A DNA stretch of 44,303 bases from Chiloscyllium plagiosum. Lineage: Eukaryota. The stretch lies in contig NC_057720.1 in assembly GCF_004010195.1 (NCBI RefSeq), positions 11,590,103 through 11,634,405 on the forward strand, in the 5' to 3' direction. Position numbers and translations under genes: made by a program. The notes under the pieces are model-generated. The model was given only the letters and a program-made list of their open reading frames with translations, was not told the DNA's origin and ran no database searches. Positions 11,200 to 21,732 of this stretch are shown here, piece after piece. Position 1 is the first letter of the stretch, and the number at the start of each line of letters is the position of its first letter.

Positions 11200-11790
11200 T
11201 AATTGGGATGAGCAAGGCGACAATTTGATTCAGTCGGGTGCAGCACCAAGGGAGTGTTGCACTGTAAACGTTCGTCCATAATCACCAGTTCCATTCGTTA
11301 TTCAGAATTCAGGAGTGGCTTTGCCAGTGGCCACTGTGAACAGGAGACACATTAACCAGTCGTTATAGTGTTGGCTCGGAACGTTGCCAGGTTCAACCGC
11401 AAAAAAGCTCAGTGGCAGCTCGCCTTGCTGTAACCGTCAAAGGTTTAATTTGCAGCAAATAAAAAGATTTGACAGCATCATCATCTTTCAGCGTTGAACA
11501 AATAAATCATTTGTACATAAGTGATGGGTCAATTAAAGTGTCGCTTGTTAAGTAAATTAATCTAGTAACAATTTGCATAGAAGCAATTGCTTTTATTATT
11601 GACAAGATATGGTACAACAGTTTTATTTCCAAGTAAACGTGGTTCAGATCTGAAGGGGATAAATAGTTGCACATCAGTGAACACTGCAACTGAATCAAAC
11701 TTTCGTAAACTTAACCAATGGCACAAAGGCCACTGATGTGTGTTTATTGAGGCAACGGTTGAAAAATCAAGGCAGATAGAGTTGCAAATC
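11200..11790. promoter_or_regulatory. Candidate conserved non-coding enhancer
   Basis: About 600 bp free of recognisable repeats, CpG-retaining; PBX-HOX-like aataaatca, MEIS tgacag, octamer atttgcat beside SOX-like aacaat. Function is inference only. Confidence 0.4.
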
Positions 11791-12721
11791 TCTTCAGAAC
11801 AACAGTAGGCTAGATAATCCCTTGGGGTTATTCAGATATTTTGTAGGATTATGGCTGATCTGTGCCTCAAATCCATTCATCCACCAGCCCTCAATGTCCT
11901 AATCTAAGAAGAATCTCCTGATGCTTTACCTCATGAGATGGGTGAGGAGGAGGCAGCTTTCTGACACCAATGATTGCATTCACCCGGATAATCAATTGTA
12001 CCAGCTCCCCCTTTAGAGAGCTCGGCTTTGATCTCCTAGAACATCCGGCCTCAACCATATTCCCTCCCACTTACCCCTCGAAGACTGGAGTCAGAAATAC
12101 ATGTTGAAAAACACATTTTAAAAATCACAATGCTCAAGACCTCAGTAGTTAAGAAATTCTTGAAGGTAAAAATAACAACAAATCAGTTGAACTGAATTTT
12201 ATTTCAATCAGCAGCTGGTGCTAAAAAGATTTTACAAAAACACTTCAATCCGGACACAAGGCTATTCCTAACAACTGAGGAGGAGTGAAGTACATTACCT
12301 TACATCAGCTACTTTTAGTGAAAGGCAGACATTAGATTCACGTCAGGATTAGGGAATATGTCTGAATTCAGGAGAATTGTTGAAGCATGAAATAGCTCTG
12401 CCATGGGGACAGCACTGTGCTTTCTGGGGAAAATATTGAAGTTGAGGAATTTACAATGGGAACGCTCAGTGGAATTTAGTTCATTGGCTCTAGCCAAGAC
12501 ATGATGGGCGAAATGGTCTCCTATGGAAGGCGGCCATTAGACCCCTGAACCGGTTTTGCCCTTCAGATAGGTCAGTAATTCCCAACCTGTTTGTCCACAG
12601 ACCACTGAGACACAGCAAAGAATCTGTGGACCATTTGCTAGTCCTACCCCACTCATTGTCACTCATCACTACCAAAGCTCATCAAATTGAATGGGAAAAA
12701 TAACTTCTGACTCGATGATGT

Positions 12722-12915
12722 AGGAGCAGAAAAGACAGGAAGAGTTAATGCTTCGAGTCTGGTATGACTCTTTTGTCAGAACTCAGATTTGGATTCTGAA
12801 CAGGAGTCACACCAGACCTGAAACATTAACTCTGCTTCTCTCTCTCCATGTGTGCTGCCAGACCCGCTGAGTTTTACCAGATTTTTATTGTTCTTATTTG
12901 AGATTTCCATACTTT
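12722..12915. mobile_element. Older palindromic PLE-derived element (family B) with decayed hammerheads
   Basis: agagttaatgcttcgagtctggtatgactcttttgtcagaa is the inverted match of ttctgaacaggagtcacaccagacctgaaacattaactct. Confidence 0.65.
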
Positions 12916-13191
12916 CTCAGTACTCAGAGCTCAAGCCTTATGAAGAGACTTGAGCCCAGAATCTTGCTACCCAGACTTGTTTCTTCAAGGAGAGATTAGG
13001 GGCTTTGATATAATGAAAAACTCTTTCCACTCAAGCGAGTAACAACAGCACATGGACATAAGGCAATTGACAAAAGAACCAGAGGGGAAATGAGGGGTCT
13101 TTTATTTTGAAGAAACGTGGCAAGTTGTTGTGATCTGGGAAGCACTGCTCAGAACCAGACTGAATCACAATGTTCAGAGGGGACTTAGATA

Positions 13192-13312
13192 TGTGAAAGA
13201 ATATTCTCCGCAACTACCTGGTGCTTCCAAATAAAACTGTTGAACTATAACCTGGTGTTGTGTGATTTTTCACTTTGTACACCCCAGTCCAACACCATCA
13301 TCTCCAAATCAA
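13192..13312 (+). mobile_element. PLE family C terminal repeat lacking the hammerhead core
   Basis: caactacctg|gtgcttccaaataaaactgttgaactataacctggtgttg; flanked by gacttagata (13182-13191, 13313-13322); sits within a CR1 tail. Confidence 0.65.
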
Positions 13313-13631
13313 GACTTAGATAAATATAAAGTGAAAATATACAGGGCTATGGGGAAAGTAGGGACTGACTGAACAATGTTTTCAAAGCACTAGTATTTAC
13401 ACACAGGGCTGAATGGCCTCCTTCTGTCTGCATGACACTACTATTCCAAAAAAAAGTACTGTTAATTTGACTTAAACAAATTTACAGAGCCAAGAAAGCC
13501 ATATAATGCCTTACCATGTCAAAAAATATTAATTACTTTCAAAGTGCAGCAACTGCTGTTATGCATGTAAATGCAACAGACCTATGGGTGCAAAAGTCAC
13601 AGGAACAGAAAGATAGATATATAAATGGTCT

Positions 13632-13915
13632 CCTCCCCCTACATTATCCCAGTCCCAAGCCTCCAACTCGGCCCCGCCTTCCAGACCCGTCCATCACTGC
13701 CCCCTCTGACCTATCACCTTCTCCCTCACCTTCATCCAACTATCACTTTCCCAGCTACCTCCCCCCCAACCCTCACCGCCCACCCCCCCAGTTATCTCTC
13801 AGGCCCAAACCACAAGCCTCATTCCTGATGAAGGGCTTATGCCTGAAACGTCGGTACTCCTGCTCCTCGGATGCTGCCTGACCTGCTGTGCTTTTCCAGC
13901 ACCGCACTCTCGACC
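13632..13915 (+). mobile_element. 5'-truncated PLE 3' end (family A) with hammerhead
   Basis: C-rich UTR, then attc-CTGATGA-A-GGGC ttat GCCT-GAAA-CGTC (13825-13852); 13-bp TSD atataaatggtct (13619-13631, 13916-13928). Confidence 0.8.
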
Positions 13916-13999
13916 ATATAAATGGTCTGTCAAAGTTATTGCTCAAGGGATGAATAGTGACCAGAATACTCAAAAGAATGGCCCTTCTGGTCAGAATAG

Positions 14000-14110
14000 T
14001 GCCAGGGAATCTTTACCTTGTGTCTGAGAGGGCAGACGGGGCCTCAACGTGCAGTCTCTTCTGAAAGACAGCTGCTCTGGCAATGTTGCACTCCCTCAGA
14101 ATCCATGCTT
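14000..14110 (-). mobile_element. Deu-domain SINE fragment
   Basis: Minus strand: gagggagtgcaacattgccagagcagctgtctttcaga...gaggccccgtctgccctctcag. Confidence 0.6.
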
Positions 14111-14177
14111 TGGTGGCTCGGAGCCAAGGGAGCACAAGAAAAACTGCTGCTGGTGACATGATTGTGTAGGAACAAGT

Positions 14178-14262
14178 AAAGGGCTTATGCCCGAAACGTC
14201 GAATCTCCTGTTCCCTGGATGCTGCCTGACCTGCTGCGCTTTTCCAGCAACACATTTTCAGC
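14178..14262 (+). mobile_element. Single-arm family A PLE insertion truncated inside the hammerhead
   Basis: aagggcttatgcccgaaacgtcg...cacattttcagc with 11-bp TSD taggaacaagt (14167-14177, 14263-14273). Confidence 0.8.
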
Positions 14263-14669
14263 TAGGAACAAGTCTAATTCACCTTCCAAAGCAACATCAA
14301 AAAAGTCACACAGACTCCTTTCAGCAGTCATTTGATTCTTTATCGTGGCTTTTTTTTAAAAAACCTAATGCCAGAGGTAGAAACAGTTGAATTAAACTTC
14401 ACAGGTAACATTGCCACATCATTTATCAGGCATTACAGAGTTTAGTTTATTATCATAACCAATTATGGATGGCAGTTACTTGGAAATCTCTTCCACAAAT
14501 GGCAATAGACGCAGGATACGTTGTTGATTTTACATCTGATATAGATAATTTATTTTAAGCAAAGGATTTGGACCCAACAACGGATATATGCAGCTAGACC
14601 ACAGATCAGCCATGACTTCACTGAATGGAGGAAGGATCTTGAGGGGCTGAATGGCCTACTCCTGTTTCT

Positions 14670-15103
14670 ATGTAACCAAAGCATTTATTTTCTGGCTACT
14701 GTCATGGAACAGGTGTAGTCTCCATGCAATGCCCTATTTTGCATCAATGTTGGGAGGTCATGGTGTAAATGGAGCATGAATCCGTTGTCACGGTGTGACT
14801 TATTGCAAATGGAGCAGGACTCTCTCTGTTTTTGGGAGAGTCAGGTTTTCCTCTGCACCACCTTGCTGTCAGGGGTGCTTACACAACAACCCATTTACAC
14901 ATATCGCACACTCAAACTCACCCCTTCGCCCGATAGGCTACCCTCAAACCACATCCCAAAACAGAAATTAAAAAACCCACGAAAATCAAGTAAGAATAAT
15001 TTACAGCACAGTGCATCAAACCAACAGGCTGCGGTATTTGATCTTTTTTTGAAGGGGGGTTGGAGCCAAGGAAACCCTCTCATTGCCAGCTCTGTACGGT
15101 CTC
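14670..15103 (-). other. Probable 3' UTR of the minus-strand gene
   Basis: Repeat-free sequence after the stop codon; minus-strand AATAAA at about 14684-14689, with a second candidate near 14446. Confidence 0.5.
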
Positions 15104-15220
15104 TCAGAATATGTGCTTGAGGTGCTTCAGTCCGTAGCTTTTGAAGAAGACGAGCAGGATCAGTGTCCAGAGGCCCAGGATAAAGCCGTCAGGCGGATGC
15201 CAGTCTGTTTGCTTTGGTTT
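15104..15220 (-). CDS. Terminal coding exon of an unidentified gene: KPKQTDWHPPDGFILGLWTLILLVFFKSYGLKHLKHIF*
   Basis: Strong acceptor ttgttttacag|AAA, 38 codons with GC3-rich usage, TGA stop, one hydrophobic helix followed by a basic tail. Confidence 0.8.
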   Translation of the reverse strand, partial: KPKQTDWHPPDGFILGLWTLILLVFFKSYGLKHLKHIF

Positions 15221-15399
15221 CTGTAAAACAATTCAACAGAATTCAACCAGCCCAGTCTTTTAAAAACACGTGTGCGAAGTATTTGGAGCTTTTCTGTATG
15301 GACTTTTAACACCAGGCTTTTTTTAAAAGGGGAAACTGACAGGAGGGAGACAGGAAACGCTGGGTTATTTGCTCTAAGTTTGGTTCAGGTTAGAAGTGG

Positions 15400-15610
15400 G
15401 AGGTGGGTTAGCTCAGTTGGTTTGCAATACAGAGCAATGCTAACAGTGTGGGTTCAAACTTCCTGCACCAGCTGAGATTACCATGATGGGCTCTCCTTCT
15501 CAATCTCTCCCCTCGCCTGAGGCATGCTGACCCTCAGATTAAACCACCATCAGTCGTTTCTCTCGCATAAAACTACAGCCCTGTGACCCTCTGGGAATAT
15601 GGTGAATTTA
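15400..15610 (+). mobile_element. tRNA-derived SINE of another family
   Basis: ttagctcagttgg A-box and gggttcaaact B-box, followed by a body unlike HE1. Confidence 0.55.
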
Positions 15611-16235
15611 CCAAACATTTATAGACGACAAGGGTTAGAGCACAGAGATGGTAAGCTCGACTGAAATCCTACCTGGGCAGATGGTGAAGTTTAAATTCAA
15701 TAAAATGTGGAGTGATGGCCTGGCTCACTAATGCCTTTCAGGGAAGGAAATCTCTGACTGCAGACCCACAGCAGTGTGGTTGACTCTTAACTGCCCTGAG
15801 GGCAATTAGAGATGGACAATAAATATTGACCTGGCCAATGATGGCCCATTCCACGCATGAACTTTTTAAAAATAAATCAGAGAATCCAAATTTACAAACG
15901 AATCATGGTTCTTGCTTTGGACTGTTGGAAAGAACTAGCCACCATTGCCAGACTTGAACAGAAATAAAACCAAAGTTTAGAGAGACAGTGGTTTGAATGG
16001 ACAACGTAAATTCTGTCACATACACCAAAGGCTGGAATGCAGCAGCAGTATACAGGCAGCCATGAGTTTAAAGTGTGGTGGAGGAGATGGAGTAGGTGCC
16101 ATCAATAATGTAATCCCTCGATCCCGGAGAGGAAAGCAGTGAGCATCTCTGTTGCTCAGTTGTCACCTCCTTCAGACCCCCATTGTTTCCCTCTTGTGCA
16201 GCATCAATTTTAATCACACTTCCATTCCAGTTTAG

Positions 16236-16740
16236 AGTTGAACAGTGTGGTGCTGGAAAAGCACCGCCGGTCAGGCAGTATTCGAGGAGCAGGAGAGTCG
16301 ACGTTTTGAGCATAAGCTCTTCATCAGGAATGATGATTCATCATACCCTCATGCCTGATGAAGAAGTTATGCTTGAAACGTCGACTCTCCTGCTCCTCGG
16401 ATGCTGCCTGACCGGCTGTGCTTTTCCAGCAGCACAACTTTCCACTCTGATTTCCAGCATCTGCAGTGCTCACTTTCTCCTAGTTGTATAACCTTTCTGT
16501 TAAGCCTCTTCCAAGGAGGCCTACCTTGAAGACTTTATCCTCCTCCCTCTACAAGGATCGCAGTGAGCCTCTCTCTCTCTCTCTCTCACTGCACTCCCCC
16601 AGGTTGTCTCCTCTGACCTCATTCTTGATGAAGAGCTTATGCTCGAAACATCGATTCTCCTGCTCCTCAGATGCTGCCTGACCTGCTGTGCTTTTCCAGC
16701 ACCACACTTTTCAACTCTGATCTCCAGCTCTCACTTTCTG
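16236..16740 (+). mobile_element. Composite family A PLE: inverted arm, terminal repeat, internal segment, second terminal repeat
   Basis: Hammerhead motifs on minus (about 16295-16330) and plus (16355, 16625); 14-bp TSD ccattccagtttag (16222-16235, 16741-16754). Confidence 0.8.
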
Positions 16741-16849
16741 CCATTCCAGTTTAGGCCCTATTATTTAAAATGCCTCCTCTGAGCCCCTCTATTTTAACTC
16801 AGCTCCTTCTTTGGTTAAGCCTGCAGCCACCTGCTCTGTTATCTAAAGT

Positions 16850-17880
16850 GTTCAGTTATAAAGCAAAAGCACTCTGAAGGCTTCAGCAGATTAAATGCAG
16901 TATTTAAATGCATGTTGTTGTTGTCATGCCTCTGTTGAAGGTTGTGGGTATAACTCTCCAGTCTTATTGGCACTGAAACCAATTACTGCATTTGCATGCA
17001 AGACAGGCTCTTGTCTTTAAAGAGTTAAAACGTTAAATTTTTAAAAAAAGCAGAGTTCAGGCAGTAAAAATAAAGATGAGATGAAATTGTTTTATGCATG
17101 CAGTGTTGTGTTAGTTCAGCCACTGGATCCTGCAAATCCGTGTTTGCCATTTAATCAGATAGCATCGAACTCGTCAGAGTTCAATCTCAGCCAGTCTGTA
17201 GCCGGTTACAACACGCAATTTGACCACATTCGACGTGAGATTGCTCTTTAAAATACCCTATGTGCTCGATGAGGTGCGCAGATTTTTTTTGCCAAACGCT
17301 TTTTAAATCCTGTTGTGGGATTAAATTGAACTTCAGCTCCAATTATGCGGCAGCAGCCACCTGCTTTCATTGCAACACTTCACACTTCAAATACTTTGGA
17401 AAATGGTGCATATACATGGAGGGAAAGAGAGAAATTGGAAGTCACAGCCTATTAACATTCTGTTGGGATAGCCGGTCTCAAACAGTAATCTATATTATGC
17501 GGCTGCTGCATTTAAAATCTTCCAATTAACATGCAAGTCCATTGTAGAGGTTGCTTTGCACTTTTCATCATCCACTTTGTCCCATCAATCATTCTATTTA
17601 TTAGCATCAGATGTGTGCTCCTCTATAAGTGGCACCTGACCTCACTGACAAATTGCCTCTGCCCTTGGCCATTTTGCTGTTAAGCATCTTCACACAGTGC
17701 GGCCTAAACAATCTAATCGATGACCTTTTATCCATCCCAGTCTTTTAGCCGCTTGCCTGGCAGAATTCAAATATTTTTGTCTCGATTCAGCGGGCGCACA
17801 TTAATGAGTTTGGTCACTTCAGGCGTCAGGGCTGAGGTGATGTTGGTTCTTGATTAAAGATAGAGGAACTTGGGTGTAAA
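16850..17880. promoter_or_regulatory. Candidate conserved intronic non-coding block
   Basis: About 1 kb without recognisable repeats, with retained CpGs, several TAAT/ATTA and E-box motifs, and no convincing exon. Confidence 0.35.
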
Positions 17881-17934
17881 CAACACTTTCTCAGGCTGCA
17901 GGCTGCCCCACAGTATGTCCCAGCCAAGTGAACA

Positions 17935-18080
17935 ATAGCATCTGACAGACACTACCTCAGATGGCGTAGCACTCCCTCAGAACTGCATTGAAATATCCAC
18001 CCAGGTTTTTCTTTGCTCAAGGCTCTGGAGAGGGACATAAACACCCAACTTCGGACTCAGAGAGCTAACCGCTGAGCCCC
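17935..18080 (-). mobile_element. Deu-domain SINE 5' part
   Basis: Minus strand: ggctcagcggttagctctctgagtcc...gagggagtgctacgccatctgaggtag. Confidence 0.55.
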
Positions 18081-18227
18081 GGATGATAGAATTGGGCAAT
18101 TGGAGTCAAAGGGCTGCAGAACAGATAAGGGTTTGATAATCTGCAATGAGAGGCTTTGGGGAGACTGCAATCCAGGATACTGGCACCAGAATTCTGGGTG
18201 GACTTAAGTTTACAAATGACAGTGGAT

Positions 18228-18340
18228 GAGAGGAGCACGAGAGTCAATGTTTCGAGCATTTTCTGATGAAGAGCTTATGCTCGAAACGTCGACTCTCCTG
18301 CTCCTTAGATGCTTTCCAGCACCAGACATTTTCACTCTGG
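18228..18340 (+). mobile_element. Partial family A palindrome with an intact hammerhead core
   Basis: CTGATGA-A-GAGC ttat GCTC-GAAA-CGTC at 18263-18290, preceded by a short inverted arm. Confidence 0.75.
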
Positions 18341-18479
18341 GCTTGTCTAAACTAGCTGAGTTTGGAAATTGTTTTTCAGAGACCTTTAATGGTGTGCACC
18401 ATGTCTAAAACCATGGAAACTAAGTATGCAAATTGATAATACCACACAAGAGAGCATTTATGGGACAACCAAGGGGGTA

Positions 18480-18740
18480 GCAGATTTAAAACAGAGATGA
18501 GCAGGAATTACTAATCTCAAACGGTCGGGAATCTGTGGAATTGAATGTGCTGGATGCCAGGACATTAAGTGAATTTAAGGAGGAGATAGACAGTTTAATG
18601 AGTAACATATTGAAGCATTATGGACAGTCGACAGGAAAGTGGAGTCGAGGCAGAGATGTGATCAGCCATGATCGTACTGAATGGCAGAGCAGGCTTGAAG
18701 GGCTGAATGGCCTCCTCCTTTGCCTCGTTCCTATGATGTG
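18480..18740 (+). mobile_element. CR1 3' end
   Basis: acagagatgagcaggaattac...gatcagccatgatcgtactgaatggcagagcaggcttgaagggctgaatggcct. Confidence 0.8.
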
Positions 18741-19297
18741 ACAGGGGTCTGCATGAGGCCTGAGAGTTGCATGTGCAGTGAGGTGGGGGAAGGGGGAAGG
18801 ACAAAGCACCTCCAAAACCAACAGCACTAAGCTATTACCTTCCAAGGAACTGGAAAACTGCATCCTTGAGGAGCTGGAAAAGGATTTTTTTTGTTGTTTT
18901 TATTTCCCACAAGGCAGAGAGGAGATCCAGACGTTCAAGCCACTCAACCGAGGAGAGGACTGCCGGTACAGGGGGTGGGAAATCAGAGGGTGATAAATGC
19001 AGAATGTAATTATCGAGGAGTGGATAGCTGGTAATGACAAGGAGCAGAAATGGAAACCTTGGGAGACTGTTGAGTTAACACAGAGAGTCAGCAAATGAAA
19101 AATCACCCACCACACACAGACTGTCAACTGAGATGCAACTGAACAGCAACTCGCATAGTTTCAGGTTGAGATATGGGACTGTGTCTGATTGTGAAAGACA
19201 TCAGAACCAGACATATATGGACACCTCACCAACCCAGAATGTATCTGCTTCACTAACAAGTGTCCATCTTTACCAACAAGACCCAAGCCTAATTAAG

Positions 19298-19485
19298 CGT
19301 CAGCCGTGGCTCAAAGGGCGTCACTCTTGCCTCTGAGTCACGAGACTGTTGGTTCAAGTTCCTCTTTAGACACAAACACCGACTCTGACAGTATCAACAG
19401 GAAGGAGTGCTGCACTGGCAGAGGTGCCGTGTTTCTAATGAGCCATTAAATCGAAGCCCTCCGTGCCCTCAAAGATGGAAGAAAT
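19298..19485 (+). mobile_element. Deu-domain SINE (tRNA head plus Deu domain)
   Basis: cagccgtggctca...ctcttgcctctgagtca...ggttcaagt...ggagtgctgcactggcagaggtgccgtgtttc...ttaaatcgaagccc. Confidence 0.7.
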
Positions 19486-20284
19486 GCAGGGAGACAGCAA
19501 TAACCTTCCCCCACCTTCACAACTATTTCTCAATAACTCTGTAACACCAATTACTACTTACATTTATCCAGCCTCTTTTGTGAGACTGGGACAATGAAGT
19601 TCTTTCTTTCGGATTACAATCTTTGTCGAGAATCTTTGGCCAGAAGCCATAATCCTATTCTGAAATCTACCTAATTCTGCTTAGAGGGCTGAGCTTTAAT
19701 CACCTTTGGGAGAATATCACCAATGACTATTCTCTCAAATTGTGTGGGCTGACAATTTCTCCCAGCACGTCCCACACACTGCACAGGCAGTAACAGTAAA
19801 GTGTCTGATTTGTTTGCTCAGCAGGTTTTCATTCTTATCGCTTCCAAGAAATAAATCAAAAATGGCTCAGAGACAGCAGGAAGCTAGCCCAGCTTTCCAA
19901 TCAATTGTCTTCATCAGATATATCCAGGAATTAACACGATACAAAAGTGGCTATTATACAAAGTCTCAATCATCGGGGTATGTTTGCTTTTCAATAACTT
20001 ACAGAGCAAAGGTCAGTTATTTCCTCGCTGAATGAGACAAAGAGCCAAGAACCACTTCAAAGGACAGAGCCGGGACAGCCGTATTGCTGCGAGTCTGGAG
20101 CCACATCTAGGTCAGACTGGGTATGGATGTCCGATTTCCTTCTCTAAAGGACATTACTGGGCTAATGAATTTTTACAATAATTGACTTGGTTGCCATTAG
20201 GGCTAGCTTCAGATTCCAGATTTTTATTTTTAATGAATTCAAATTCTACCATCTGCCATGGCAGGATTTGTCCCCACGTCCAAA

Positions 20285-20565
20285 CAGCACCAAGGTCCCA
20301 GATACGATTCCAGCCTCAGGTGACTGTCTGTGTGGAGCTTGCACATTCTCCCCGTGTCTGTGTGGGCTTCTTCCGATGCTCTGGTTTTCTCCCACAGTCC
20401 AAAAATGTGCAGGTCAGGTGAATTGGCCATGCTAAATTGTCCACAGTGTTAGGTGCATTAGTTAGAGAGAAATGGGTCTGGGTGGGCTACTCTTCAGAGG
20501 GTCAATGCGGACTTGTTGGGGTGAAGGGCCTGTTTCCAAACTGTAGGGAATCTAATCTAATCAAA
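20285..20565 (+). mobile_element. HE1-type V-SINE
   Basis: V-domain and 3' tail gggcctgtttccaaactgtagggaatctaatctaatc. Confidence 0.85.
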
Positions 20566-20569
20566 CATT

Positions 20570-20932
20570 AGACCATAAGACATAGGAAGCAAGGCCATTC
20601 GGCCCATCGAGTCTACTTGGCCAATTAATCATGGCTGATGGGTGTTTCAACTCCACTTACCCGCACTTGCCCCGTATACCTTAATCCCTAGGGAGATCAA
20701 GAATTTATCAATCTCTGCCTTGAAGACACCCAATGTCCCGGCCTCCACTGTGCTCCGTGGCAATGAATTCCACAGGCCCACCACTCTCAGGCTGAAGAAA
20801 TGCCTCCTCATTTCCATTCTAAATTGACCCCTTCTAATTTTAAGGCTATGCCCATGGGTCCTAGTCTCCCCGCCTAACAGAAACAACTTCCCAGCGTCCA
20901 TCCTTTCATTTAGACCTCCCCTCAACCTTCTA
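20570..20932 (-). mobile_element. CR1 3' fragment
   Basis: ORF 20647..20925: TRTHGHSLKIRRGQFRMEMRRHFFSLRVVGLWNSLP. Confidence 0.9.
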
Positions 20933-20989
20933 GCATGAGGTTCTGGAGTGGTAGTCCAGTGACATTATCAGCACAGCACAACCTGCTGC

Positions 20990-21670
20990 TTTTTTCATTC
21001 ACTGGTTGGGCCAGCATTAATTACCCTTCAAAGTGGTGGTGAGCTGCCTCTTGAACTGCTGCTGTCCACACGCTGTAGGTTGAAACACAATGCCATTAGG
21101 GAGGATTTTGACCCAGCGGCACTGAAGGAACAGTGATATGTTTCCAAGTCAGGATGGTGGGGAACTTGAAGGTGGTGGTGTTCCCATATATTTTCTGCCC
21201 TTGTCCTGCTAGATAGAAGTAATTATGGGTTTGGAAGGTGACTTTATGAGGATCTTTAGTGAATTTCTGTAGTGCAACTTGTAGATGGTACACACTGTTG
21301 CTACCGAGCGTCGGTGGTGGAGGGAGTGGAGGCTTGTGGATGCGGTGCCAATCAAGAGAGCTGCTTTGTCCTGGATCGTGTCAAGCTTCTTGAGTGTTGT
21401 TGGGGTTGCACTCATCCAGGCATCACACTCCAGACTTGTACCTTGTGGATGATGGATAGGCTTTGGGGGGGTCAGGAGGGAAGCTACTTGCTATAGGACT
21501 CCTAACTTCTGACCTGCTTTTGTAGCTGCTGTGTTTATGTGGTGCATCCAGTTAAGTTTCTAGTCAATGGTAATCCTCAGGATGTTGATAGTGGGACGTT
21601 CAGTGCTGGTAACACCATTGATTGCCATGGGGTGGTGGTTAAGATTTTTTTAAAAATGAAAATGGTCATT
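20990..21670 (-). mobile_element. L2-like LINE 3' fragment
   Basis: Minus strand ATPTTLKKLDTIQDKAALLIG...SLHHRRSVATVCTIYKLH; related to 27080-27590 and 42710-43020. Confidence 0.75.
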
Positions 21671-21677
21671 GCTATAC

Positions 21678-21732
21678 CTTAACATAGCCTCCGAACTCCT
21701 TCACTTTGGAAGTGTCCTGCATTAGGTCAGTG
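21678..21732 (-). CDS. Internal coding exon (55 nt, phase 2 to 0): (S)TDLMQDTSKVKEFGGYVK
   Basis: Acceptor gttttccacag|, donor AAG|gtatag; splices in frame to the terminal exon. An alternative acceptor cctaatgcag| would give a 39-nt exon, DTSKVKEFGGYVK. Confidence 0.6.
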
